Of a stretch of 25,309 nucleotides of DNA, positions 1 through 9,694 are shown one piece after another. Positions within the stretch are counted from its first letter, which is position 1. Each line of letters opens with the position of its first letter. The stretch covers positions 1 to 25,309 of the IMG/VR virus record IMGVR_UViG_3300031233_000027; one strand, written 5' to 3'. The translations under genes were made by a program, and so were the position numbers. The stretch comes from a virus. Lineage: Duplodnaviria; Caudoviricetes. The notes beneath the pieces were generated by a model, which did no database searches, was not told where the DNA came from, and saw only the letters and a list, made by a program, of their open reading frames with translations.

Positions 1-1
1 T

Positions 2-184
2 ACGGGTGGTGGTGGAACTGCTCCCCCGGCTGTACCCGCCTCCACAAATCGCAACGCTGCAGTTAGTTATCAAGGAGGAGTCCCAGTATTTACAGAGGAA
101 CAAGCTCGGGCTCATGCAACCCCCGGTAATTCTGGTAAGCACTTCTATATCCAAGGTCAACCCGGACTACAGGTCTTCCATTAA
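2..184 (+). CDS. 3' end of an upstream virion-module gene (partial)
   Basis: Frame 2 is open from the window edge (TGGGGTAPPAVPASTNRNAAVSYQGG...GLQVFH*). TAA at 182-184 overlaps the ATG of the next gene (TAATG). Confidence 0.75.
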   Translation, partial: TGGGGTAPPAVPASTNRNAAVSYQGGVPVFTEEQARAHATPGNSGKHFYIQGQPGLQVFH

Positions 185-3100
185 TGGCTGACCCTTGGGG
201 TCCTGCACAGCCTACACCAACTTCTGGGGGCAATCCCTGGGGTCCTGTAAGTGCGCCTGTACCACAGTCGAATGATCTGTGGCATGAGGTTCTTGGTTAT
301 GCTGGTGGTAATAATGACACTGTAAATAAACTGGGCAACGCTGCTGGTGCGGTGTACAAACAAGCTGTCGCCAGCGGACCAATTATGAATGGTCTTCCTG
401 GTGTTGCTGATGTGATCTCAGCAGTTCCTGGTTTGCATGATGTTGGTCAGAGTCAGGTTGCTCAGGGTATCCAGAAAGTCCTTCCGCCGCTTATGGGCGG
501 CCGTACCCCTGGTGTACGTGACATCATGGAGCAGTCTGGTTTTGGTCGTCAACCGGGTGAGACGGACGCGCAGTTACATCAGCGTTACAACCAAGGTCTG
601 ACTGACATCAACCAGCAAACTACCGCCGAAGCGACTGCTAATCAAATTGGCAATGCTAATGGTAGTCTTGGTGACAAAGCCGCTCGTGTGGGCCAACAGG
701 TCCTCAATATTGGTGCGGGTGTTGCTGCTAATCCCCAGTATCTTCTTGCTCCTCAGATGGGTCTTGGTGCCGGTATGGCTGGTCGTCTTGGTGGTGCTAT
801 GGCGGGTAATGCTATTATAGGCGCTGCTGGAGATGCGGCTGCTCAGATGATGGATATGGCTCAGGGTCAGAAGAAAGACTTCGACATTGAGCAGAACCTT
901 AAGTCTGCTATGATTGGTGGTGCTGTGGGTGGCGCTATTCACGGGGCCGTAGAGGTCAGTCCATTTGTCAAGGGCCTCTTCGGTAACAGAGGTATTGACA
1001 CAACCCCACAGGCTGATCCTAGGCCCAGTCAGATAACGCCTATGACACAGGATCATGTGCAACTTAATGCACAAGACCATGCTCAGTATCAGCAACTGTT
1101 GCAGACTGGTAGTGTGGACGACATCAAGAACTTCTTCCAGGGTAGGCAAGGTCCTCAGCCTAACTGGCAGGATGTCAATACCTGGGTTGAACATCGTGAT
1201 GGACAGAGCCGTACTGGTCCAGTTCAACAGACGCTGCAACCAGATTTCAACTATCAGGATCAATACAATCAACACGCGGAGATGGTACAGAATGAACAGC
1301 ACCGCCAAAATGTTGAAGATCATGTCAACAACCAGACTGCTGGCTGGACTAATGCTCCTAATGTGGAGGTTGTTCATGGGCCTGCTGACATTGCTGATCC
1401 TGGAGTTCGCGCTCAAGCACTAAAAGAAGATAGACCGGGTAGTTCTAGTGAAGGCGCTCCCGGATTCTATGGTAAGGACGGTACTGTTCGAATTTACAGT
1501 GGCCGTAACGCCACCCCTGAAGATGTGAATGCACTCTTGTATCATGAGGGCCTTGGCCACTTTGGTCTTGCCCAACAGTTCGGGGACAAACTTGATAGTA
1601 CTCTGACTAGTCTTCTTGATCGTAATGTGAACCAACTGAGTCGCGACACAGACGCTTGGCAGAAAGCAAATCCCAAGGCGTATGGTGGTAACAGATTACG
1701 GGCTGCCGAGGAAGTTCTGGCTGAACGGTCTGAGAGTGGTGCTATGCCAAAGAACTGGAAGGACGCCATGGAAAGTGCTGTCCGCCAGTTTGGTCGTAAG
1801 ATGGGGCTTAATCTCAGCTATAATGATGCGGAAGTGAGTCATATTCTTGCTATGTCTCATGACGCTGTGATTAACGGCAAGTCTGGTGCTCGTGAGAATG
1901 GGTTCAACAGTGCTGGTAATCGGTTCATGTTTATCGGAAAGAACTCTCGTGGATTTGACCCATATGATGCGGGCACTTTCAGAGCGTCTGATGGCCAACA
2001 GCGTTCTGAAATTAGCGATAAAGATGCTAAACTTATTCCTCATCTCCAAGGCCCCACACTAGCGGATCACCTAGATCACCCAGAGTTGTTTGATCGATAC
2101 CCTGAGCTACGCGATATTCCTGTGTCTTATAAACCTCCTGCTGGTTCAGACGGAGCGTACTGGGCTAAGGAACAGGGTGGTCCTCACATTGCAATTAGGC
2201 CAGATTCCCCTGACGTACTTAGGTCAGTTCTGCATGAAACGCAACACGCAATTCAAGATATTGAAGGCTATCCCGATTTCAGAAAACTAGTTAATAATGG
2301 CGAAACTACTTCTAAGAATAGTGAATTTGGTTATCGAGATCACCCTAGCGAACAAGAAGCCTTTACCACTGAGGATAGGGCTGGTATGTCTATGCGTGAA
2401 CGTGATGCTAATCCAATCAAGTTCATGCGGTCTAGAGATGAAGACGGTAAACCCCCTTATCTCGGGTTCAACCGTAGAACAGGCGATACTGATTCGCCTG
2501 CGTATCAAGACACACTAAAAGATTTTATAAATAGTGTCGAAAATTTCACCAGTAAACATACCGAGGAGATTAGTAGGTTTCAACAAAGTGCTGAACGGTA
2601 TAAGAAAGACTGGGAAGAGGGGCGGAAAGGTTCATTTGATGGGCCTCCTAGTGAAAGTCAGGAAATTGCAACCTCTCGCAGGCTTGCACTATTCAATATG
2701 CTTGATAAAGAATTGTCTGGTTTTCATGAAGCAGATATTCATAATCTTAAGTCTAGCCTAGAAAGCCCATATAGTCATGAGAGTTATATGGATGCTCTTT
2801 ATGCGAAAGCTAATGAAAGTCTATCTAAAGATCAGAATAAGTTCATGACTCGTGCCCAACAACTTCGGAATCAAATTGCTCGTACTGGTTATATCCCCGA
2901 AGATCTTCAAGGCATTCATGACGAAGTTGAGAAGTACAATGAAGGTAAGGAACCAATCAGTTGGGAAGAAACCCGCGCCAGAGCTTTTGAACTTGGCCTC
3001 AACCCTAATAAGATTCCTCAAGTCAAACAAGGTGAACTGACTGCTCGTATCATGCGTGCTGGTGCTAGTGCTGACTTGGCTGCCGCAAAGGCTGATGACA

Positions 3101-5352
3101 TTTTAAGTCGTCTTGGAACTGACCAATGGAAAGAGACAGATCAAACCGATCTTGCTAAAGCAATTGCAGATCGTAATTGGGCAATGCACACTTTTCTCGG
3201 TCACACCTCGGAAGCTGGTCGTGCTCTGAATGTGAGTAAGGTGTTCAGGCAATATAGTGCGGGGCATATTGGCCCACTGCTAGACGCACTTCGTGAGAAT
3301 GAGAGTGGTCTAGCACTCTTGGCTGATCCTACTAATCCTCAGGCCATGTTGTTCATGCAACAACTAAAGGCTGACCTCAAGGATGGTGCTAACCCTAAGG
3401 CGGCTAATGTTCGTATGGACGCGGTTAACAAACCCTATTGGTGGCAGTATCTTACTACCTTCCATATGAATATGATGTTGAGTGCGCTCTCCACTCACGT
3501 CAAAGCACCTATTGACATGACTACAGGTATTCTCCGCAATGTAATTGAGAAGTCAGTAGCGATACCAATCAGTAAGACCAAGCAACTATTGGGTGGTGGT
3601 CCTGGGGTTGAGTTCGGGGAATTAGCTAGTCATATCTTTGGCTTGGGTGGTGCTGTTGCGGACGGGGAAGTTTATCGTGCTGTGGCTAGGGCCGCTAAGA
3701 CTGGTGACAGTTCATATGTACGTCCCATAAATAATACAACCCTTAATGAGAGGATCAATCAACTTAGCGGTCAAAACGATCCTGTTTTGCAAGACCAAGC
3801 TAAACTTGACACTGGACGTATTACACAAACCAATTTCGCCAATCAGTTTGGGGCTATTTCTAGTCCCAGATTTACTGGTGCTGCTAGTATTATCAATAAA
3901 CCTACTGACCTCATTTCAGCCCAGGACACCTTCTTTCGGTCTGTTGAGATGAATGGTCAACTGCGTTCTATTGCTTATCGAGAAGCTACAGAACAACTTG
4001 GACCTAAGGCATCTATCTTTGATAAGATGTCGCTCGGTAAAAGTCTTGCACTCAATCCTACCGAGAGTATGATTAAAGAAGCATACCTTCAGACTAATAA
4101 AACCCTTCTATTGAATGACAACCCACTTAATACTGCGATCAATAAACTGCGTGTGGTCAAACCTGGGATGAATGGCTTTCAACAGTTTATTTCATTTGTG
4201 GTTAGCAACCTCGCACCCTTTATTCGCGTGGAGTCTAACAACCTGCTGAACCGTGTGATTGATCGGTCACCACTTGGTTTGTATCAGCTATTTGATCCCC
4301 GCTCTGACATCCGTCAAGGTGGTGCTAAGGCCGACATTGCTTGGGCTAGGATTGCCTATGGTAGTGCTCTTCTTGGACTTTACTGGAACATGGCAGATCC
4401 GGCAAGAAAACTACAGACTGGTAGTGGTCCAGACAATGTGGACAAGTACAAGGAGAAGATTGCTGGTGGGTGGAGACCTAATGCTGTCAGCGAGAATGGC
4501 GGCTACAATACTGGTGGTCAGTTGGGTATGTCTGTTAATCCTTTTGACGTACATAACAAGACCGCCCAGCTAGTTGCCAGTGCTCGGCAAGCCTATGATG
4601 CTGGTATGAGCACACAAGGTTGGGGTTCGGCTCTAATGATTGCTGCTGGGTCTGTTGGTTCTAATCTAGCTAATATGTCTTGGTTGTCTGATGTACACCC
4701 GGCTATTGAAGCTGCCACTGCACATGGTCAAACTGCAAGACAGGCTGTTACCAGTTTTGCCAGCAATACTGCTAATACTTGGTTACCTGCGGGAATGAAC
4801 CAAGCTGCACGACTTAATGATCCTGATCAACGTGACACTAATGCTACAGGAACAACCGCGCAAAGATTTGGTGGGGCTATTGCTAATTCACTTCAGTCTG
4901 AGATCCCCGGTCTGCGTAAAGATCTACCAATCAAATACAATGTGTATGGCAGTCCGCTAGCTAATGGAGCTAGCCTTACTGGTGTCCACACAATCATTCC
5001 AGGTTTGAGTGGCAATGGTACGACTGAAACCAATGATCCTGGCGAGCGTGAACTTGACCGTCTTCAAGCAATGTCGCCCAACAAAGCGTTGATGACACCA
5101 GTCCAACATTCGATCTCTAAAGACCCACAAGATAGTTCAGCAGGGAAAATACAACTGACTACAGCTCAGTTCGAGGAGTATCAGCATTTGGCTGGTAGTA
5201 ATACAGTCAACTATGTCAAGCAAATGATGAACGATGGTAGTTGGTCCAAAATGACTGATGAACAGCGAGCTGAAGAAGTGTATGGCAAGAATGGCATTGA
5301 ACAGGATATGAAGAAGGCAGCAGCAGAAGTGATAAGATCGGGGATTAAATGA
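184..5352 (+). CDS. Large internal virion/ejection protein of large-polyvalent-protein type with metallopeptidase-like modules
   Basis: 1722 aa. Gly/Ala-rich N-terminal segments; LLYHEGLGHFGL (~1540); SEISDKDAKL...LDHPELFDRYPELRDIPV, which resembles LPD23, followed by the HExxH motif VLHETQHAIQDIEG (~2233). Located at the end of a podovirus structural arm. Confidence 0.8.
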   Translation: MADPWGPAQPTPTSGGNPWGPVSAPVPQSNDLWHEVLGYAGGNNDTVNKLGNAAGAVYKQAVASGPIMNGLPGVADVISAVPGLHDVGQSQVAQGIQKVLPPLMGGRTPGVRDIMEQSGFGRQPGETDAQLHQRYNQGLTDINQQTTAEATANQIGNANGSLGDKAARVGQQVLNIGAGVAANPQYLLAPQMGLGAGMAGRLGGAMAGNAIIGAAGDAAAQMMDMAQGQKKDFDIEQNLKSAMIGGAVGGAIHGAVEVSPFVKGLFGNRGIDTTPQADPRPSQITPMTQDHVQLNAQDHAQYQQLLQTGSVDDIKNFFQGRQGPQPNWQDVNTWVEHRDGQSRTGPVQQTLQPDFNYQDQYNQHAEMVQNEQHRQNVEDHVNNQTAGWTNAPNVEVVHGPADIADPGVRAQALKEDRPGSSSEGAPGFYGKDGTVRIYSGRNATPEDVNALLYHEGLGHFGLAQQFGDKLDSTLTSLLDRNVNQLSRDTDAWQKANPKAYGGNRLRAAEEVLAERSESGAMPKNWKDAMESAVRQFGRKMGLNLSYNDAEVSHILAMSHDAVINGKSGARENGFNSAGNRFMFIGKNSRGFDPYDAGTFRASDGQQRSEISDKDAKLIPHLQGPTLADHLDHPELFDRYPELRDIPVSYKPPAGSDGAYWAKEQGGPHIAIRPDSPDVLRSVLHETQHAIQDIEGYPDFRKLVNNGETTSKNSEFGYRDHPSEQEAFTTEDRAGMSMRERDANPIKFMRSRDEDGKPPYLGFNRRTGDTDSPAYQDTLKDFINSVENFTSKHTEEISRFQQSAERYKKDWEEGRKGSFDGPPSESQEIATSRRLALFNMLDKELSGFHEADIHNLKSSLESPYSHESYMDALYAKANESLSKDQNKFMTRAQQLRNQIARTGYIPEDLQGIHDEVEKYNEGKEPISWEETRARAFELGLNPNKIPQVKQGELTARIMRAGASADLAAAKADDILSRLGTDQWKETDQTDLAKAIADRNWAMHTFLGHTSEAGRALNVSKVFRQYSAGHIGPLLDALRENESGLALLADPTNPQAMLFMQQLKADLKDGANPKAANVRMDAVNKPYWWQYLTTFHMNMMLSALSTHVKAPIDMTTGILRNVIEKSVAIPISKTKQLLGGGPGVEFGELASHIFGLGGAVADGEVYRAVARAAKTGDSSYVRPINNTTLNERINQLSGQNDPVLQDQAKLDTGRITQTNFANQFGAISSPRFTGAASIINKPTDLISAQDTFFRSVEMNGQLRSIAYREATEQLGPKASIFDKMSLGKSLALNPTESMIKEAYLQTNKTLLLNDNPLNTAINKLRVVKPGMNGFQQFISFVVSNLAPFIRVESNNLLNRVIDRSPLGLYQLFDPRSDIRQGGAKADIAWARIAYGSALLGLYWNMADPARKLQTGSGPDNVDKYKEKIAGGWRPNAVSENGGYNTGGQLGMSVNPFDVHNKTAQLVASARQAYDAGMSTQGWGSALMIAAGSVGSNLANMSWLSDVHPAIEAATAHGQTARQAVTSFASNTANTWLPAGMNQAARLNDPDQRDTNATGTTAQRFGGAIANSLQSEIPGLRKDLPIKYNVYGSPLANGASLTGVHTIIPGLSGNGTTETNDPGERELDRLQAMSPNKALMTPVQHSISKDPQDSSAGKIQLTTAQFEEYQHLAGSNTVNYVKQMMNDGSWSKMTDEQRAEEVYGKNGIEQDMKKAAAEVIRSGIK

Positions 5353-5588
5353 AGTTACTAATTGGTTCCATTAATATAGCGGATGTTGTTGCACTTGGTG
5401 TAATTGCTGGTACAATAGCAAAACTACTACCAGAGTTGGCCGCGCTATTGGCTGTAGTCTATTATGGATTTGTTATCTACGACAGAATACGATATGGTCC
5501 TGAGCTAGAACGCCGTACAACTTATGATCAAAAAGACATGACTAAAAGTGAGAAAAAGGAAAATAATGATGCAATTGGTAAAACCTAA
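5349..5588 (+). CDS. Putative holin / small membrane protein
   Basis: 79 aa. Hydrophobic N-terminal half (VVALGVIAGTIA..LAALLAVVYYGFVIY) and a charged C-terminal tail; overlaps the previous stop codon. Confidence 0.55.
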   Translation: MKLLIGSINIADVVALGVIAGTIAKLLPELAALLAVVYYGFVIYDRIRYGPELERRTTYDQKDMTKSEKKENNDAIGKT

Positions 5589-5805
5589 CTATTCGGCCAG
5601 GTCACCAATCGTTAATGACAACAACTTTGTAGATGGGAATCCCCCTATAAGCACTCCAACGATTGGTAGCCCACAGGCCACATTCAATCCTGGTGCTAAG
5701 TCCGGGCCACTGCCAAACGGACCGCCCAAGTACATCCAACCTCAGGGGAAGAGGCCGATGTCAAAGGGTATGAGTAATAAACGACTACCGATGAATAATG
5801 TGTAA
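5566..5805 (+). CDS. Hypothetical Pro-rich, basic small protein
   Basis: AAGGA SD upstream of ATG ATG at 5566/5569; ends directly before the terminator. Confidence 0.6.
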   Translation: MMQLVKPNYSARSPIVNDNNFVDGNPPISTPTIGSPQATFNPGAKSGPLPNGPPKYIQPQGKRPMSKGMSNKRLPMNNV

Positions 5806-5806
5806 T

Positions 5807-5843
5807 AAAAAACCCCTAGGCGCAAACCTAGGGGTTTTCTTTT
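5807..5843. terminator. Bidirectional rho-independent terminator
   Basis: Perfect 12-bp stem AAAACCCCTAGG-cgcaaa-CCTAGGGGTTTT (5809-5838), with an A-run on the left and a T-run on the right, lying between convergent genes. Confidence 0.92.
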
Positions 5844-5850
5844 ATGTTCT

Positions 5851-6195
5851 TTAGAGTAGAGCTGGAAGTGATTTAATCGCTAGACCGAGAAGTGATTGAA
5901 CCAATGTGGACCCAATCGTTTCTGCGTCTTTAATCAGATTACCACCTTGGCCTTCACCCCATTGAAGAAACATCTGTTCGAGGTTCTCCAATGTGGTACC
6001 AGAGAGAACAGCCTTTTCAATGGTTGGAAGGAAAACCTTGGCAGAACTAACCACACTGTTAACCACAGTGGCTTCAGCAGCGCCAAAGACAGTCTTTACA
6101 ACCGACCACACTTCTTCAGCAGCACCTTCAACCTCATGCTCAAGCCAGCCACCAGCCGCTTCTAGATCATGTTCGATAGTTTGAATAAAACTCAT
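5851..6195 (-). CDS. Hypothetical amphipathic helical protein
   Basis: 114 aa; ATG overlaps the upstream stop; last gene of the minus arm. Confidence 0.7.
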   Translation of the reverse strand: MSFIQTIEHDLEAAGGWLEHEVEGAAEEVWSVVKTVFGAAEATVVNSVVSSAKVFLPTIEKAVLSGTTLENLEQMFLQWGEGQGGNLIKDAETIGSTLVQSLLGLAIKSLPALL

Positions 6196-6386
6196 TTAAC
6201 TGGGGTGACCTTTCCACGAATAAGCATACCAACTGCCAGAGTGACAACCAGAGCGATGATGTTCTTGTAATCTTGTTGCATGGCACTAGCTTGCACAGCA
6301 GCAACCACAGCGGCACCACCACTAGTCCAAACGATAGCAGGCTCAGAGCTGATAGCCAGCTTGATCCAGTTTAGAAATCCATTCAT
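6192..6386 (-). CDS. Small two-TM membrane protein (holin-like)
   Basis: 64 aa. GAGG SD; two hydrophobic stretches; basic C-terminus RGKVTPVK. Confidence 0.6.
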   Translation of the reverse strand: MNGFLNWIKLAISSEPAIVWTSGGAAVVAAVQASAMQQDYKNIIALVVTLAVGMLIRGKVTPVK

Positions 6387-6387
6387 A

Positions 6388-8280
6388 TTATATTACCTCG
6401 CAATAGCCCGAAGAGCAAGCGTACTCTTGGGAGCCTGTTGTGTTGTCTTCTTGTTCGTAGGTCTTTAGCAAATCCCAATCGATCTGCTTGGGCATCCTAC
6501 TTACCCATTCGTTGTATTGTTCTTCTGTGATCTCTTGGTAGGGAGCCTGTCGATAGGTGTGTTCAGAATAGGGTAGAAAAGCCACACCAGAAAGAATATC
6601 GAAATTATCCCACACCCAAGATCCCACACCAATCCATTCATTTTCTTTTACATTCACCGTTATACTGGGTTTATGTTCACACCAATGTTCTTGGACATTA
6701 CGCCAGATTTCAAGGTGCTCGATTGCAGTGATATCCGACCTGCACAAACTAGCATCTGGGCTTGCGATGGGGAAAGAGAAGACAGCCGTATGGTCTGGGT
6801 TTGTGACATCTGGTTCAAAGGGTACACCTTGGTCAATTAGGAATGTGGTTAGCGGATCTTTTACATCTCCTCGTACCGTCCTAATATAAAAAGGACTATG
6901 CCGAGGGTGAATGCCAGAACTACTGTCCACCAACTGGGAGACGGTACCTGAAGGCTTAACACAAGTAATAGCCACAGACTGCTGAATACCAAGAGTAGTA
7001 GCCAGATTCTTATTTGTTGCAACTGCTATCTCCCGAAGGCGTTGGAGCCACAGACAACCTTCACCAGTTCGTCCGAGGATTGGGTGGTCGAGGATTCCGG
7101 TAAGGCTAACGCCAAGTAGACGTTCTTCTTCTGTATTTTTCCGCCAGCAACGTCTGAGATACGCAAACTGAGTAAGAGTGGACTGAAAGGTCCCAAGAAT
7201 GGTGGCCAGTCGCACTTTTCGTTCCAGGTCTGACAAGTTATCTCCAGATCGTACAACGACTTCAGTGAGGTTACAGAACTGATTAGGTCGAAGAATGATC
7301 TCGCTGCAAGGATTAGTCCCGTACTCGAAAGAGACATCTCGTCTGGCATTTCGACTAGCTTGTCGCACGCTTGCCTTACGGTTGAATATCCCTCGCTCCC
7401 CACTTTTACTGTCGTATAGAGATTGCCACTCTCGTAGGAATTCTCCGACGGATGGTTTTCCCAAGTACACCGCGCTGTTATTAGATAGACCTCGTTGTCC
7501 ATTCTGCTCCCACCAAGCTCCGTGCTTTGCCTGCCTTGCTCCTTCATCACTTAGATCGCTTAGACTGATCATGGCTGACCGTCTTACACCACCGACAACA
7601 ACAACCTCTGCAATCTTACACAAAAGATCGTGGCACTCTAGCGACGATAGTTGCCTTCCTCGGGCTCGATTACAAACTTCTGTAGCATAAGTAAATAACT
7701 CGACAAGCGGCTCAGGTCCGCTAGCACGACCCCCAAAAGTCTTGAGTCGAGCGCCTGCAGGCCGTACTCGCGAAACGTCCCATCCAGGTGTGTAACCCTC
7801 AAAGAGGTAACTGAGGAGGGTTCTAAGGGCTGATGCCCACCCTTCCTTACTGTCTGGTACTGTGACAATTGGTTGATCTTGTCCACCAATAGTTTCTCCG
7901 ATGGTTGGAAGTTGATCCACATATTTCTTTTCCACGCTGAAACCAACACCAGTCCCACAAAGTAGGATGTACATGGCCTCATCGAAGGCGCGTAGGTTGT
8001 CAACTACAAGATAAGCACAATTATAACCAGCTACGTGAGTCCTGTCAAGAGCTGGACCAGCAGTCATAAGACATCTCATTGATGGCATGACTTCTAGATT
8101 AATTATCGCATCTTCAATTTCAAGCCATTCTTTTGAACCTAGAGAACCACCTTTGGTGTAAAGCATCATCCAATCAATATAGCGTCGGACAGTTTCTTCC
8201 CAGGTTTCTCGTCGGTTCTCATCAGGTATCCACCTAGCGTAGCGACTTGTGTGTATAAATCTTTGATAATCAGTTAGAAT
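6388..8280 (-). CDS. nrdJ: Class II (adenosylcobalamin-dependent) ribonucleotide reductase, ~630 aa, inferred ATT start
   Basis: Motifs PSMR, YNCAY, GTGVGFSV, VVVGGVRRSAMISLS, GTNPCSEI, CVKPSGT and C-terminal CSSGYC. The frame extends 37 codons upstream of the track ORF through the typical YQRFIHTSRYARW..RRETWEETV N-terminus to ATT at 8280, with AGGAG 7 nt upstream. Confidence 0.93.
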   Translation of the reverse strand: MLTDYQRFIHTSRYARWIPDENRRETWEETVRRYIDWMMLYTKGGSLGSKEWLEIEDAIINLEVMPSMRCLMTAGPALDRTHVAGYNCAYLVVDNLRAFDEAMYILLCGTGVGFSVEKKYVDQLPTIGETIGGQDQPIVTVPDSKEGWASALRTLLSYLFEGYTPGWDVSRVRPAGARLKTFGGRASGPEPLVELFTYATEVCNRARGRQLSSLECHDLLCKIAEVVVVGGVRRSAMISLSDLSDEGARQAKHGAWWEQNGQRGLSNNSAVYLGKPSVGEFLREWQSLYDSKSGERGIFNRKASVRQASRNARRDVSFEYGTNPCSEIILRPNQFCNLTEVVVRSGDNLSDLERKVRLATILGTFQSTLTQFAYLRRCWRKNTEEERLLGVSLTGILDHPILGRTGEGCLWLQRLREIAVATNKNLATTLGIQQSVAITCVKPSGTVSQLVDSSSGIHPRHSPFYIRTVRGDVKDPLTTFLIDQGVPFEPDVTNPDHTAVFSFPIASPDASLCRSDITAIEHLEIWRNVQEHWCEHKPSITVNVKENEWIGVGSWVWDNFDILSGVAFLPYSEHTYRQAPYQEITEEQYNEWVSRMPKQIDWDLLKTYEQEDNTTGSQEYACSSGYCEVI

Positions 8281-8834
8281 AGGTTTTCTCCTGCTGGTTC
8301 AATATTAAAAGCTAGATCGAACCCTTTAAATTGTGGGTTAAGCCAGCCGTACTTATCTGCTTTCTTTTGTGCCCGTGCCAAGGACTTAGCAACTGCTTTA
8401 GGTTCTTTATTCTTGCTAATGTACTCAATAGTTTCATTCTGTACGGATTCAAAAGCCTTACGATGAATGAACATACCTTTATTGCTGAACACACCAAGAG
8501 TTAGACTATGATCAAAGGATTTGAAATGCTGCTTTGGGTCAATAAAGTGCACACCTATTAGTTGTATCCTATACACCCCATCAACTAGATAATCATAGAC
8601 AGATCCGATGTGATTACCATTACCTTGTTCATACTCATTCTGATTATCCTGATCAAGTTTTACCCAATTAGGTGGTAGAACTGGTAGACCAACCTGATAT
8701 GTATAAAAGATATCGTAGTCTTTCGGTTGAAGATGTACACTATATGCGTAGTCAACAACTGCTCCACCCATCAGAACAGAGTTCTTTGGGGCCTCAGAGA
8801 TCAATTTCATCCAGAGTTTCGGACCGTTCGCCAT
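8274..8834 (-). CDS. Pol-beta superfamily nucleotidyltransferase (CCA/poly(A) polymerase head-like)
   Basis: GGAVVD....PKDYDIF (GG-x-DxD) and a downstream FDHSL segment; AAGGA SD. Confidence 0.7.
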   Translation of the reverse strand: MANGPKLWMKLISEAPKNSVLMGGAVVDYAYSVHLQPKDYDIFYTYQVGLPVLPPNWVKLDQDNQNEYEQGNGNHIGSVYDYLVDGVYRIQLIGVHFIDPKQHFKSFDHSLTLGVFSNKGMFIHRKAFESVQNETIEYISKNKEPKAVAKSLARAQKKADKYGWLNPQFKGFDLAFNIEPAGENLF

Positions 8835-8943
8835 CCCAGTTCCTTTTGGGTTTCTGTCGTTGTTGTTTAGGTAGTTTCAGATCCTTATCAAAGTGATTCT
8901 GCCTACGCTGTCTTCTACGATCCTTAAGATCGAACTTGTTCAT
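8794..8943 (-). CDS. Small basic hypothetical protein (49 aa)
   Basis: MNKFDLKDRRRQRRQNHFDKDLKLPKQQRQKPKRNWDGERSETLDEIDL*. It fills the gap between neighbours and is below the track's length cutoff. Confidence 0.6.
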   Translation of the reverse strand: MNKFDLKDRRRQRRQNHFDKDLKLPKQQRQKPKRNWDGERSETLDEIDL

Positions 8944-9277
8944 ACCCTTGCTCAACGTCGTACTCCGATAGTTCCCAAATCTTGAGGCTAAGGAATTTAG
9001 CTAGTGCCACTTCTGCCGCAACCCCTTTTGACTTCTGCCACCCAGGAAGAAGAGCAATTGCGTCCGCTTCATTTGCAATATAATTGAGATCATCCATAAT
9101 CATACAACGCATAACCTTACCATCAAGTTCTAGTTTATCATAACCTTTTTGGCGATCATTATCCGCTGGACTAAAAACTTCATGTCCATGTTTTCTTAGT
9201 GTCAGGGCAGCCATATCAAAGGCTGGAAAGTTAAACTCTGGAATGCCTCTCATAGGGCCAGCTAGGTAGACGTTCAT
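8924..9277 (-). CDS. DUF4406 / nucleoside 2-deoxyribosyltransferase-like protein
   Basis: MNVYLAGPMRGIPEFNFPAF...VFSPA...DAIALLPGWQKSKGVAAE; GGAG SD before ATG 9277. Confidence 0.8.
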   Translation of the reverse strand: MNVYLAGPMRGIPEFNFPAFDMAALTLRKHGHEVFSPADNDRQKGYDKLELDGKVMRCMIMDDLNYIANEADAIALLPGWQKSKGVAAEVALAKFLSLKIWELSEYDVEQGYEQVRS

Positions 9278-9387
9278 TGGTTCTCCAATATTTCGAATAA
9301 CCAATACCACAATATTTGGTTTGGTTCTATATTTTTATGCCGGAAATAAGCATAACTACTCGTCCAATAATCAAGATTTTTGTTCAA
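9274..9387 (-). CDS. Possible small protein (37 aa, TTG start)
   Basis: MNKNLDYWTSSYAYFRHKNIEPNQILWYWLFEILENQ*; ends in an ATGA overlap with the next gene and fills the intergenic gap. Confidence 0.45.
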   Translation of the reverse strand: MNKNLDYWTSSYAYFRHKNIEPNQILWYWLFEILENQ

Positions 9388-9694
9388 GAATTAGTTCCAA
9401 ACGAGCTAGACTATTCCAGGCAACGTGGGCAGCATGTAGAAGTTCACTATCAGCATCACAAACCTCTCCAGATGCTTCCTTGAGCAGGTGTCGAGCCAGT
9501 GCGTCAGTGTAACGATTAAGTCCGTCTGGGACATGTCTCCAACCAGCCCAGGCATATTTTCTGGCACCAAATTCACTGACACGAGATAGTTCTTCAATTG
9601 CTCGCGGAAAGTATCCGATTGCTCCACGATAGACTGGAGCCTTTCCTTGGTCATACTTAACTGCGCCAGGTATTGACCCCTCGGCATCAGACAT
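9371..9694 (-). CDS. DUF5664-family (dATP/dGTP diphosphohydrolase-like) protein
   Basis: KYDQGK...FGARKYAWAGW...YTDALARHL...DADSELLHAAHVAWNSL pattern. Confidence 0.8.
   Translation of the reverse strand: MSDAEGSIPGAVKYDQGKAPVYRGAIGYFPRAIEELSRVSEFGARKYAWAGWRHVPDGLNRYTDALARHLLKEASGEVCDADSELLHAAHVAWNSLARLELILEQKS

Noticed and set aside
6-191. 61-aa track ORF
   Set aside because: The frame-2 ORF ending in TAATG at 182-186 is the better-supported upstream gene.
574-1416. 280-aa minus-strand ORF
   Set aside because: Antisense shadow of the giant virion gene; no SD or recognisable motifs.
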